Assembly (NCBI GenBank): GCA_049720225.1
Contig: JBNASD010000001.1
Coordinates: 15,162 to 79,161 of the forward strand
Reading direction: 5' to 3'
Length of the DNA: 64,000 bases
Origin: Microgenomates group bacterium
GTDB lineage: Bacteria; Patescibacteriota; Microgenomatia; PFEM01; JBNASD01
Below, piece after piece: positions 27,235-36,391 of this stretch. The position numbers and the translations under genes were made by a program. Numbering within the stretch: position 1 is the stretch's first letter; each line of letters opens with the position of its first letter. The notes beneath the pieces are model-generated. The model saw only the letters and a list, made by a program, of their open reading frames with translations, did not search any database and was not told the DNA's origin.

Positions 27235-28053
27235 TTATTCGGCAGGGGAAGGGGTAGGAGAGGGAGAGGAAGAAGGCTTTTCTAAACCGATTGCTTTTCC
27301 AGGAATAACATGAATAATTTTAGCAGTAATAGTTTTTTCTCCATTTTCTTTTGGAATTCCTACAACCACAATTCGATCGCCTATTTGCAAGTCAGAATAA
27401 TTTATTGATTGAACACGAGTGGTAATTTTTTTAGTAATTTTCGTTTCGTCGGTAACGGTTACTAAATAGACTTCGTTTTTCGCTAAAGTTTTTAAGGTAA
27501 TTAATTTTTCTTCTGTTGATAAATCAGTAATTTTTCCCATCACCGCCGTTCTGGTATGAAGTTTTGGTTTATTAATTACCACAATTCTTTTTGCTTCTAA
27601 AATGCCTTCTTCATTAAGATAACCCATGGCAATTATCCAATTTCCCACCTTAAGATCAGTTAATTTTAAATTTTCCCTTTTTAACCCAACAATTTTTGTT
27701 TCCTCGGTAACTTTTACTTCTAAAAGGCGGTTATTCTTAATTTTTAAAGTAATAGTCGAAAGTTCTTCATTAATTTGAACAATTTCTCCTTGATAACCCC
27801 GTGCCTTTCTTATTAATTGAATTCTTTCTTGGACTCTTTCTTTTACTACTTCTCTAATTTGGTTTATTTTTTCTTTAATTTCCGGTCGAACTTTTGGTGA
27901 GGGAGTAGCGTTTTCTTGAAGTTGTTGTTCGAGAGTAACTCTTTCTTGTTGGCGATTTTGAACTGGAGAAGGGAAAGGAACCGCCAAAATTACGTTATTA
28001 CTAACGAAAAATAATAAAGTTAAATTGGTTAAAAAGAAAAGAGTTTTTTTCAT
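27235..28053 (-). CDS. hypothetical secreted protein with internal tandem beta-rich repeats and S/P/T tail
   Basis: Signal peptide; two ~60-aa repeats (ETKIVGL...WIIAMG / ETKITKK...RIVVVGI); C-terminal KPSSSPSPTPSPAE. Confidence 0.5.
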   Translation of the reverse strand: MKKTLFFLTNLTLLFFVSNNVILAVPFPSPVQNRQQERVTLEQQLQENATPSPKVRPEIKEKINQIREVVKERVQERIQLIRKARGYQGEIVQINEELSTITLKIKNNRLLEVKVTEETKIVGLKRENLKLTDLKVGNWIIAMGYLNEEGILEAKRIVVINKPKLHTRTAVMGKITDLSTEEKLITLKTLAKNEVYLVTVTDETKITKKITTRVQSINYSDLQIGDRIVVVGIPKENGEKTITAKIIHVIPGKAIGLEKPSSSPSPTPSPAE

Positions 28054-28544
28054 ATTTCTGCGCTTGTATAAATAACATTTAAACTTTTGCTTATTTCGTT
28101 TCCGGCTTCATCGTAAGTAGAAATAGTAATTTCGTTATTTCCTCCTATTAAAGTAATTTCCGTGGAGAAATTTCCTTCTTCATCAGCTTCAACGATTTTT
28201 TCTCCTTCTTCGTAAAGGACGACCACTGTTGCCAGAGGAAAGGCCTTTCCTGTGACTTGAATTTTTTCTTTATTAAAAACTTCATTTTCTTCGGGAGAAA
28301 GAATGGTTAAAAGAGGCGCTCCTGCTTCTTCTTTATTAGCAGGAGTAGGCGAGGGAGAAACCTCTTGGGTGACTTTTATTTCTTCTTGAGTTTTAGGGGC
28401 AATTTTTTGGGTAATTTTTTTAATATTCCAGACGCCAAAAGTAAGGACTAATCCTAAAAAAATACCAAGGATGATTGCCAGAAGATTTTCTTTACGCATT
28501 TTTACTCTTCTTTTTATTTTAGGAGAAGAAAAAATTCTTGTCAA
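28050..28544 (-). CDS. hypothetical membrane-anchored protein with Ig-like domain
   Basis: N-terminal TM, an SPSPTP linker, a bacterial Ig-like beta region. It overlaps the downstream gene by 4 nt. Confidence 0.45.
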   Translation of the reverse strand: MTRIFSSPKIKRRVKMRKENLLAIILGIFLGLVLTFGVWNIKKITQKIAPKTQEEIKVTQEVSPSPTPANKEEAGAPLLTILSPEENEVFNKEKIQVTGKAFPLATVVVLYEEGEKIVEADEEGNFSTEITLIGGNNEITISTYDEAGNEISKSLNVIYTSAEI

Positions 28545-28576
28545 GGAGAAAATTATTTGCTAAACTTTAATTCAAG

Positions 28577-29233
28577 ATGGAGATTCAGTTTTTTGGTCAT
28601 TCTTGTTTTCGATTAAAATTTAAAAAAGAAATTGTGGTAACTGATCCTTTTGATTCCCAAGTGACTGGTTTAAAGTTACCAAAAATTAACGCCGATATTG
28701 TTACCGTTTCTCACCAACACCAAGATCACAATAATTTTTCCGCAATTTTAGGAACTCCTCAACGACCAGAACCATTTTTAATTTCCGGTCCAGGCGAATA
28801 TGAAATAGGAGAGATAAGAATTATTGGCATTTCTTCATTTCATGATAAAAAGAAGGGAAAAGAAAGAGGAAAAAATACTATCTATCTTTTTGAAAGTGAA
28901 GGTTTAAGATTAGTCCATTTAGGGGATTTAGGGGAAAAATTGACTGAAGAACAACTTGAAGAACTAGAAGGAAGTGATATTGTTTTTGTGCCAGTAGGAG
29001 GAAAATACACTTTAAGTCCCCAAGAAGCCAAAGAAGTAATTACTCAGATTAATCCCAGTATTGTTATTCCTATGCACTATGCTTTACCAGGAATGAAATT
29101 TGATTTAGAAAAGGTAGAAGATTTTTTGGAAATAATGGGAATAGAAAAACCCTCCTTTCTTCCTAAATTGATTATTAAAGGAGAAAATTTGCCCGAAGAA
29201 AGAGAGGTGATTGTTTTAAATGCCAGAGGTTAA
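28577..29233 (+). CDS. MBL-fold metallo-hydrolase
   Basis: HxHxDH motif (VSHQHQDH). 218 aa. Confidence 0.75.
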   Translation: MEIQFFGHSCFRLKFKKEIVVTDPFDSQVTGLKLPKINADIVTVSHQHQDHNNFSAILGTPQRPEPFLISGPGEYEIGEIRIIGISSFHDKKKGKERGKNTIYLFESEGLRLVHLGDLGEKLTEEQLEELEGSDIVFVPVGGKYTLSPQEAKEVITQINPSIVIPMHYALPGMKFDLEKVEDFLEIMGIEKPSFLPKLIIKGENLPEEREVIVLNARG

Positions 29234-30542
29234 AATTCCTCCGCATTCTGACGAGGCAGAAGCGTCGGTTTTAGGGGCAATTTTGATTGATAAAGATGCG
29301 ATTGTCGCAGTAGCGGAGTTTCTAAGACCCGAGCATTTTTATAATCAACAAAACGGCTTAATTTATGAAGCCATTCTTCATCTTTACGAAGAGAGAAAAC
29401 CAATTGATTTGGTGACTTTAAAAGATGAGCTTAAAAAAAGAAAAATCCTTTCTAAAGTTGGCGGTTCTTCTTATTTAGCAGAGTTAGTTAATCAAGTTCC
29501 CACTGCTGCCCATGTTGAAGAATATGGATTAATAATTAAGGATAATTACACTAAAAGAGAGTTAATTTCTGCGGCTGCCCGAATTACCGAAGAGGCTTTT
29601 GATGAAGGAAAAGAAGCCCGTAAGGTTTTAGATGATGCTGAGCAGGCAATTTTTGCTTTATCACAAAAACATTTAAAAGAAGGATTTTTGCCGGTTAAAG
29701 AGATTCTAGCAGAAAGTTTTGATCGTTTAGATGAACTTCATAAAACCGCGGGGGGATTAAGGGGGGTTCCTACCGGATTTAAGGATTTAGATGATACTTT
29801 GGCAGGAATGCAGGATTCTAACCTTTTAATTTTGGCTGCCCGTCCGGGTTTGGGAAAAACTGCTTTTGCCCTAGAAATTGCTCGTCATGTAGCGGTAAAA
29901 GAAAAATTACCCGTTGGTTTTTTCTCTTTAGAAATGAGTAAAGAAGAGTTAGTAGACAGACTTTTGGTTTCTCAGGCGGATATTGATGCTTGGAAGTTAA
30001 AAACTGGTCGTTTAAGCGAGGATGATTTTACGCGATTGTCGGAAGCGATGGGAATTTTGGCGGAGGCGCCACTATTTATTGACGATACTCCCGCTTTAAC
30101 TATTTTAGAGATGAGAACTAAGGCTCGTCGGTTAATGGCGGAACATGGGTTGAGGTTATTAATTGTTGATTATTTACAATTAATGAAAAGTGTAAGACAA
30201 TTGGAAAATCGCGTTCAGGAAGTTTCGGAAATTTCGATGGGATTAAAAAATTTAGCTCGGGAGTTAAAAATTCCTGTTTTGGCAATTTCTCAACTTTCTC
30301 GAGAGGTGGAAAAAAGAGGAAAAAAACGACCTCAACTGGCAGATTTAAGAGAGTCCGGATCAATTGAACAAGATGCGGATGTAGTGATGTTTTTATGGCG
30401 GGAAGACGATGATGATTTAGAAAACGTAGAATTAGAGGTTGCCAAACACCGTAATGGACCATTAAGAAGGATAAAACTTCGCTTCCGCGGTGATCGGATT
30501 AAATTTTATGGAGTAGAGACAAAAAGGAGTGAGGAAGAATAG
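29220..30542 (+). CDS. dnaB: replicative DNA helicase DnaB
   Basis: DnaB N-terminal domain (EASVLGAIL); Walker A ARPGLGKT; RecA fold. TAG stop at 30540..30542. Confidence 0.9.
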   Translation: MPEVKIPPHSDEAEASVLGAILIDKDAIVAVAEFLRPEHFYNQQNGLIYEAILHLYEERKPIDLVTLKDELKKRKILSKVGGSSYLAELVNQVPTAAHVEEYGLIIKDNYTKRELISAAARITEEAFDEGKEARKVLDDAEQAIFALSQKHLKEGFLPVKEILAESFDRLDELHKTAGGLRGVPTGFKDLDDTLAGMQDSNLLILAARPGLGKTAFALEIARHVAVKEKLPVGFFSLEMSKEELVDRLLVSQADIDAWKLKTGRLSEDDFTRLSEAMGILAEAPLFIDDTPALTILEMRTKARRLMAEHGLRLLIVDYLQLMKSVRQLENRVQEVSEISMGLKNLARELKIPVLAISQLSREVEKRGKKRPQLADLRESGSIEQDADVVMFLWREDDDDLENVELEVAKHRNGPLRRIKLRFRGDRIKFYGVETKRSEEE

Positions 30543-30628
30543 TGCCGCGGGAGGGAGTCGAACCCTCACGGCCTTTAAAGACCACGGGTTTTTGAGACCC
30601 GCCTGTCTGCCAATTCCAGCACCGCGGC
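30543..30628 (-). tRNA. tRNA-Leu (anticodon CAA), type II with long variable arm; CCA not encoded
   Basis: Manually folded. Acceptor GCCGCGG/CCGCGGC, D-loop with GG, anticodon stem CGGGT/ACCCG with loop CTCAAAA, a variable-arm hairpin, T-arm GAGGG-TTCGACT-CCCTC, discriminator A. Confidence 0.8.
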
Positions 30629-30664
30629 AGATTATTCTTTTTGATATTTTACTATAATTAATAT

Positions 30665-31114
30665 CTATTTTAAAAGAAGAACCAAAAGAATAATAACGAT
30701 TTGAGGAAGAATTCCCACTAAAAATTTCGCTTTTCGATGGAAATAGTGTGAATGAAGAATTTCAATTTGGGAAAAAGGGAAGATTCGCCAATTTAAAAAT
30801 AAAACAGGAAATTCTAATAAATCAGGTAAAATACTAAAAAAAATCCCTAGCCAAAGCCAGGGATTTAAAGGAAGGTTTTTTTGAAAGATAAACCAACAAA
30901 TAATTAAAGCAACTGCCAAATCAAATCCTCCCAAAAGAAAATTAATAATTTTCGATCTTTTTTTAAAACCAATTCCTAAATCCCAATGGGGAATCCAGTC
31001 TAAGAAAAAATGAAAAATAAAAAGAAGGGGAGAGGTAAGCCAGGGATTTAAAGGGGGATTACTAATTTTTGAGGCCACTAACCCGCCTACTAAAGAATGA
31101 GTGACTACCAGCAT
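30665..31114 (-). CDS. hypothetical polytopic membrane protein (possibly DUF457-like membrane-bound hydrolase)
   Basis: 149 aa, very hydrophobic, with an N-terminal THSLVG motif. Confidence 0.35.
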   Translation of the reverse strand: MLVVTHSLVGGLVASKISNPPLNPWLTSPLLFIFHFFLDWIPHWDLGIGFKKRSKIINFLLGGFDLAVALIICWFIFQKNLPLNPWLWLGIFFSILPDLLEFPVLFLNWRIFPFSQIEILHSHYFHRKAKFLVGILPQIVIILLVLLLK

Positions 31115-31151
31115 AGAAATAAAGTATAAAACGTGATATGATTAATGTCAA

Positions 31152-31898
31152 ATGTTGCCGGTTTTATTGCAAATAGGCGGAATTAACCTTTATACTTTTG
31201 GGTTTTTTTTAGGAATTGGTTTTTTCTTTACCTCTTTTTTAGTTTGGCGTCGATTAAAACAGTTAGGTTTAAAAGAAGAAGAAGTTATTGACGGAATTAT
31301 TTTTTCCTCCTTTTTGGGAATAATTTTTAGTCGGTTAATTTTTATTCTTGAGCATTTTTCTTTTTATAAATTTTCTTTTCGGTATTGGGTTTTGATTTTC
31401 CGTTATCCCGGATTTTCTCTTTTAGGTGGATTAATAGGAATTTTTTTAGGAACTTTTTTATTTTGCCGATGGAAAAAATGGGATTTTTGGCGAGTTGTTG
31501 ATGAAGTGATTTTTGGTCTTTTTCCAATCTTAATTTTTTCTCATGTTGGGGCTTTTTTTGATGGAAGTGGGGCGGGGAAGCCAACCACTTTACCTTGGGG
31601 AGTATTTTTTCCCGAAAGTTTAGTCCGTCAACACCCAGTTTCTTTATATTCCGCTTTATTTTTTCTTTTTTTGTGGATTTTTTTCCTAAAAATTGAAAAT
31701 CATTGGCGATTTTGGTCATGGTATCCCAGTCAGGCACCCGGATTTATTTTTTTAATTTTTTTGATATTTTCGGGAATTTTTAATTTGGGGGTTGCATTTT
31801 TAAAAGATATTGAAGTATACTCCTTAATAGGAGAAGTTTTAGCTAATTTATTAATTGTAATTTTTTCAGGAGGTATATTATGGAAAAAAAGAAAGTAA
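31152..31898 (+). CDS. lgt: prolipoprotein diacylglyceryl transferase-like membrane protein
   Basis: Multi-TM. Lgt-like N-terminus (IGGINLYTFGFFLGIGF) and HPVSLYSALFF (H-P...LYE-like). Confidence 0.5.
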   Translation: MLPVLLQIGGINLYTFGFFLGIGFFFTSFLVWRRLKQLGLKEEEVIDGIIFSSFLGIIFSRLIFILEHFSFYKFSFRYWVLIFRYPGFSLLGGLIGIFLGTFLFCRWKKWDFWRVVDEVIFGLFPILIFSHVGAFFDGSGAGKPTTLPWGVFFPESLVRQHPVSLYSALFFLFLWIFFLKIENHWRFWSWYPSQAPGFIFLIFLIFSGIFNLGVAFLKDIEVYSLIGEVLANLLIVIFSGGILWKKRK

Positions 31899-32293
31899 GA
31901 AATCAAACCAAAAAATTATCTTCTCCTCCTCGGGTGAAATTTCCCTTAAGTTTATTAAAACCAATTGCTGAATTTCTCAAAAAAGAGAGTGAAGATTTAG
32001 AAAAAAAGCAGAAAGAATTAAAAAAAGCAGATCCTTTTAGTGATGTTGATCGGGTAATAGATAACGCCGCTTCTGATACGGAAGCAACGGAACAATTTGT
32101 TCATCAACAGAAAAGTGCCTTGCAGGCAGAAATTAACCGGCGATTGATTCAGATAAGAAAGGCGCTAACCAGAATTAAGATCGGCAAATATGGAATCTGC
32201 GAAAAATGTGGCCAAATGATTGATACTGATCGATTAATGATCATGCCCGAAGCAACTTTATGTGCCTCTTGTGCTAAGAAAAAAGAAGAGTGA
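31880..32293 (+). CDS. DksA/TraR-family C4 zinc-finger protein
   Basis: A coiled-coil, then CEKCGQMIDTDRLMIMPEATLCASC. Confidence 0.65.
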   Translation: MEKKKVRNQTKKLSSPPRVKFPLSLLKPIAEFLKKESEDLEKKQKELKKADPFSDVDRVIDNAASDTEATEQFVHQQKSALQAEINRRLIQIRKALTRIKIGKYGICEKCGQMIDTDRLMIMPEATLCASCAKKKEE

Positions 32294-33027
32294 AATCTCC
32301 AAAAGTTCTTTATCAAGATGAGGAAATAATTATTTTAAATAAACCTGCTGGTTGGGTAGTTAATCGAGCACAAACGGTAAAACAAAAAACAATTCAAGAC
32401 TGGCTGGAGGAGAATTTTTCTTTTCCCATTTTTAAAGAAAAAATTTTTCGTAGTGGAGTGGTTCATCGTTTGGATAAAGAAACTTCCGGAATTTTATTAA
32501 TTGCCAAAACCCCATTTTCTTTTTTAGAACTTCAAAAGCAATTTAAGGAAAGAAAAGTAAAAAAGAAATATTTTGCTTTAGTTCACGGATTAGTAATTCC
32601 CAAAGAAGGAAGTGTGAAAGCGCCAATTAGTCGTAGTCCTTTTGATAGAAAGAAATTTGGTGTTTTTTTGGGGGGAAGAGAAGCGGAAACAAATTTTAAA
32701 GTGTTAGATTATTTTAAAGATGAAAAAAATAATTATTTTACTTTTTTGGAAGTAGAGCCAAAAACCGGAAGGACTCATCAAATTAGAGTTCATCTTAAAT
32801 ATTTAGGGTATCCAATTGTCAGCGATTCTTTTTATGCAGGAAGAAAAACCGTTCGGGAGGATAGAAAGTGGTGTAGTCGGCTTTTTTTGCAAGCTTATTT
32901 TTTAAGTTTTGTTCATCCAACCCAAAAGAATAAAATAGAAATAAAACTTCCTTTAGAAAGCGAGCTTAAAGAAATTCTTAAAAAATTACAAAAAATAAAT
33001 GAGAGGGAAATTGAAAACCAAAAATAA
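32290..33027 (+). CDS. RluA-family pseudouridine synthase
   Basis: Catalytic VHRLDKETSGILLIAKT; a C-terminal HQIRVH. Confidence 0.8.
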   Translation: MKSPKVLYQDEEIIILNKPAGWVVNRAQTVKQKTIQDWLEENFSFPIFKEKIFRSGVVHRLDKETSGILLIAKTPFSFLELQKQFKERKVKKKYFALVHGLVIPKEGSVKAPISRSPFDRKKFGVFLGGREAETNFKVLDYFKDEKNNYFTFLEVEPKTGRTHQIRVHLKYLGYPIVSDSFYAGRKTVREDRKWCSRLFLQAYFLSFVHPTQKNKIEIKLPLESELKEILKKLQKINEREIENQK

Positions 33028-33952
33028 AAAAATTAAGTTGATTTTTTGGATTTTAATTTTCTTTTTATTATTTTTTATAGGGTGGGGGAGGAAAATAGTA
33101 AGTAAGATTTACCAAAGTCCGATTTTTAAAAACGAAAAGGTAAATCTTATTTTCTTTGATTATAATAATTTATTTTTATTTTCCTTAAATCCCCAAGAGG
33201 AGGAATTAAAAATATTTACCTTTCCTGGCGATCTTTATTTAGAAACAGTATATGGATATGGAAAATATAAAATTAATTCTCTTTTTGATTTAGACAGTTT
33301 AGAGAAAAAGGAGGGGAGACTTTTTTTAGAGACGATTAAGGAAAATTTATTTTTTCCCTTCGATGGCTACTTAATTTCTGAAGAAAAGATTGATTTTTCA
33401 AATAAAAACTCAATTATTAAAAGCCTTTTTCAATTACTTAAGAATAAAAAACAAGGGAATTTATCAAGGGTGGAAATTTTTTGGCTTTGGTTAAAAATTA
33501 AAGGTTTTCGGCAGGATAAAATTTATGTTCAGGGGGAAAAGGAAAAAGTTTTAAAAAAAGTTTTGATTTCTAGTAAAGAGGAAGGTTGGGAACTAGACGA
33601 AGATAATTTTTTAAAAATAATAGGAAACTCCTTTTCTTACCCGCAAATTATTAAAGAAAGCTTTTCTTTGGCAATTTTTAACGGTACTTCTTATCAGAGA
33701 CTGGGAGAAAGAGTAGCCAAAAGGATAGAAGTTCTAGGGGGAAGAGTAGTGGAGATAGATAATTATCAGGAAAATTTGGAAGATATTTGCTTATTAATTA
33801 CCACTAAGGAGAAGAAAGAAAGTTTTACTGCAAAAAAAGTTAGTAGTTTTTTTGATTGTCGTTGGCAGGAAGCAAAAGAGGAAAATCGGCGGTGGGATTT
33901 GACGTTAGTGATTGGAAAAAAATACTGGCAAAAACTTAAGGAAAAATGGTAA
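32999..33952 (+). CDS. LytR-CpsA-Psr (LCP)-like protein with LytR_C domain
   Basis: N-terminal TM; the C-terminal LAIFNGTSYQRLGERVAKRIEVLGGRVVEIDN resembles the LytR C-terminal domain. Confidence 0.5.
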   Translation: MRGKLKTKNKKIKLIFWILIFFLLFFIGWGRKIVSKIYQSPIFKNEKVNLIFFDYNNLFLFSLNPQEEELKIFTFPGDLYLETVYGYGKYKINSLFDLDSLEKKEGRLFLETIKENLFFPFDGYLISEEKIDFSNKNSIIKSLFQLLKNKKQGNLSRVEIFWLWLKIKGFRQDKIYVQGEKEKVLKKVLISSKEEGWELDEDNFLKIIGNSFSYPQIIKESFSLAIFNGTSYQRLGERVAKRIEVLGGRVVEIDNYQENLEDICLLITTKEKKESFTAKKVSSFFDCRWQEAKEENRRWDLTLVIGKKYWQKLKEKW

Positions 33953-33961
33953 AATAAAAAT

Positions 33962-34708
33962 ATGTCAGGACATTCTCATTGGGCTACCATCAAAAGACAA
34001 AAAGAAGCGGCTGATAAGCAACGTGGGCAAATTTTTTCTAAATTAGCCCGAATGATTACCGTAGCGGCTAAAGAAGGAACCGATCCGGAGACAAATTTTA
34101 AGCTTCGGTTAGCGATTGAAAAAGCGAAACAGGCCAATATGCCTAAAGAAAATATTTTGCGGGCAATTGAGCGAGGTGGAGGAGGAAAACAAGGTGGAGA
34201 TTGGCAAGAGATAATTTTTGAAGGATATGGACCAGAAGGAATAGGCGTAATGGTAGAAGTGGTAACTGATAATAAAAACAGAACCACCGCGGAAATTAAA
34301 AATCTTTTTGAAAATGCAGGGGGAAGCTTAGCTTCACCCGGAGCGGTTTCTTTTATGTTTAAAAAGGAGGGATTAATTACGGTTGAGAAAGGGGAGAATC
34401 CCGAAGAGCAAATTTTAAATATTATGGATTTAGGAGTAAATGAAGTGGAAGAGGTAAAAGATGTAATTGAAGTTTATACTTCTCCGGAAAATCTTGAAGA
34501 AATAAAAGAAAAACTTCTTCAGGCGGGATATAAAGTAAAAGATCGAGAAATAATTTGGCAACCAATTACGCCGGTACCTATTAACGATCAAGATAAAGCA
34601 AAAAAAATCTTAAATTTTATGGAAAGACTACAAAATCATGATGATGTACAAAAAGTTTACGCCAATTTTGATATTTCCAACGAAATTCTTTCCTCTTTAA
34701 TGAACTAA
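33962..34708 (+). CDS. yebC: YebC/PmpR-family transcriptional regulator
   Basis: MSGHSHWATIKRQKEAADKQRG is a typical start. Confidence 0.9.
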   Translation: MSGHSHWATIKRQKEAADKQRGQIFSKLARMITVAAKEGTDPETNFKLRLAIEKAKQANMPKENILRAIERGGGGKQGGDWQEIIFEGYGPEGIGVMVEVVTDNKNRTTAEIKNLFENAGGSLASPGAVSFMFKKEGLITVEKGENPEEQILNIMDLGVNEVEEVKDVIEVYTSPENLEEIKEKLLQAGYKVKDREIIWQPITPVPINDQDKAKKILNFMERLQNHDDVQKVYANFDISNEILSSLMN

Positions 34709-34714
34709 AAAATA

Positions 34715-35494
34715 ATGTTTAAATTAACTAAAAGAAAAAAATTTGTAATTACCTCTGGTTTACTTTCGTTTGGTTTCCTTTTAATGATTTTAGGGGAAAT
34801 TCTTCCTAAGGAAATAATGATTGGAATAATGATGGTTGTCTCTTATTTTCTTTCTGCTTGGGCACTTTCTGAAGGGTTAAATGGAATAAAATGGTTTACC
34901 GTCTTAATTCTTCCTGTTCTTTTTACTGGAGGAATTGGTTTATTTTATTTTTTTCTTTCTTCTTCCTTTTTGACGCGCCTGTTGGTGGTTTTTTTTTACG
35001 GAATTGGGGTTTATATTCTTTTGCTGGTGGGAAATATTTTTTCGGTAGCTGCGATTAGAACAATTCAGCTTCTTCGCTCTGCTCAGGTGGTGGGTTTTCT
35101 TTTTACTCTTGTTATTGCCTTTCTTTTCTATAGTTCGCTTTTTTCTTTTAAATTTCCTTATTGGATTAATTTTTTTGTCTCTTTTTTAATTGCTTTTCTT
35201 TTAGTAATTCCAGGATTATGGAGTGTAAATTTAGAAGAAAAAATTTCTTTAAGAGTTTTAATTTATAGTTTGATTATTTCCCTAATTCAGGGAGAAATTG
35301 CTTTAGCTTTTTCTTTTTGGCCAACAATTTCTTCAGTAACCGCTTTAGCCTTAATTTCTTCTCTTTACCTTAATTTAGGTTTAGGACAGCATTACTTAAA
35401 TGAAAGACTTTTTAAAAAAGTAATTAAAGAATATCTTGCAGAGACAATTTTTGTTTTTTTAATTATTTTTTTAACTACTTTTTGGTCAGGATAA
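34715..35494 (+). CDS. hypothetical polytopic membrane protein
   Basis: 259 aa; ~7 predicted TM helices. Confidence 0.5.
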   Translation: MFKLTKRKKFVITSGLLSFGFLLMILGEILPKEIMIGIMMVVSYFLSAWALSEGLNGIKWFTVLILPVLFTGGIGLFYFFLSSSFLTRLLVVFFYGIGVYILLLVGNIFSVAAIRTIQLLRSAQVVGFLFTLVIAFLFYSSLFSFKFPYWINFFVSFLIAFLLVIPGLWSVNLEEKISLRVLIYSLIISLIQGEIALAFSFWPTISSVTALALISSLYLNLGLGQHYLNERLFKKVIKEYLAETIFVFLIIFLTTFWSG

Positions 35495-36355
35495 TTTTTA
35501 AAGAAGGGTTAAGGTGGGGAAGAGGGGAGGGGTTTCCAATAATATCCTATAATTATTTAATAACCCTATAGTATTATATTTTCACAAAAAATTTTCTTTA
35601 TTTTCACAAAATAGCACTAAAAATTTTTATTTGCCAATAATATAGTTTGATATACTTGACTTTGTGGATAACTTTAGAGGGGAGTTAACTTAAAAATAAA
35701 ATTTAATTTTTTAACAAATTATTCTCTTCCTTTAAATTGAAATAAGAATTAATAAAGATAATAATTTCCCTTTCCCTTTTCTTAGATAGCTCTCTTTAGC
35801 AATGACGCACAATATATCTTTTGCGACATTTTTAAGCAGAGTGAGGAAGAGGGGTTTAAATTTTTAAGTTTTAAAAATTATAAAAATAAAAATTTGAGTT
35901 TTATTTTTAACTAAAACCTTTTAAAAGTTTCCTTAATTCTCTTTAATAAACTATTAAGGTTTTTTCATTTTTTAGATTTCTTATAACTTCTCCCGGCTAA
36001 ATTAAAAAAATTAAAAACGAAAAATGGAGCTGTTGTCTTAAAACAGATGGTTCTTTTAAAATACCAAAATATATCCTTTTTTTAAAAAAGCCGTTTTTGG
36101 GGCTTTAGCGGGTTGGTTGAATTTGCAATAAAAACAAAAAAATATCGCTTCGGAGAAAAAGTTTCTTTTTTAATCAAGATTTTCTCTTTTTCCTTCAATC
36201 TAGATCAAAATAATTCCTGCTTAAGAGAAGTGCTTTATATTAATAGTTTTAAATAAAAATAAGCCCTAAAAAAATAAATAATCCCTAAAAAATAATCAAT
36301 CGCATATAAGAGATATAAAACAAAAATTTTTTAAAATTTATGATGTCGCACAATA

Positions 36356-36384
36356 TTGACAAGCAAATTTTAGGGGTTTATAAT
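36356..36384 (+). promoter_or_regulatory. perfect sigma70-consensus promoter TTGACA-N17-TATAAT for the recombinase gene
   Basis: TTGACA 36356..36361, a 17-nt spacer, TATAAT 36379..36384, then 7 nt to the ATG at 36392. There is no Shine-Dalgarno, so the mRNA is probably leaderless. Confidence 0.5.
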
Positions 36385-36391
36385 TAAATTT

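Noticed and set aside
28545-28576. Divergent promoter TTGTCA-N17-TAAACT between the secreted-protein operon and the MBL-hydrolase/dnaB operon.
   Set aside because: Plausible but only a partial match to consensus. Such AT-rich near-matches are frequent in this genome, so not listed as a feature.
35495-36391. tmRNA, RNase P RNA, SRP RNA or a tRNA inside the long intergenic tract; also a canonical dif site (XerC arm-6 bp-TTATGTTAAAT).
   Set aside because: No tRNA-like 3' end (GGTTCGATTCC...CCA), no RNase P P4 sequences, no SRP GGAA tetraloop domain IV. The CGCACAATAT motifs do not carry a recognisable XerD arm. Reported only as unexplained repeats.
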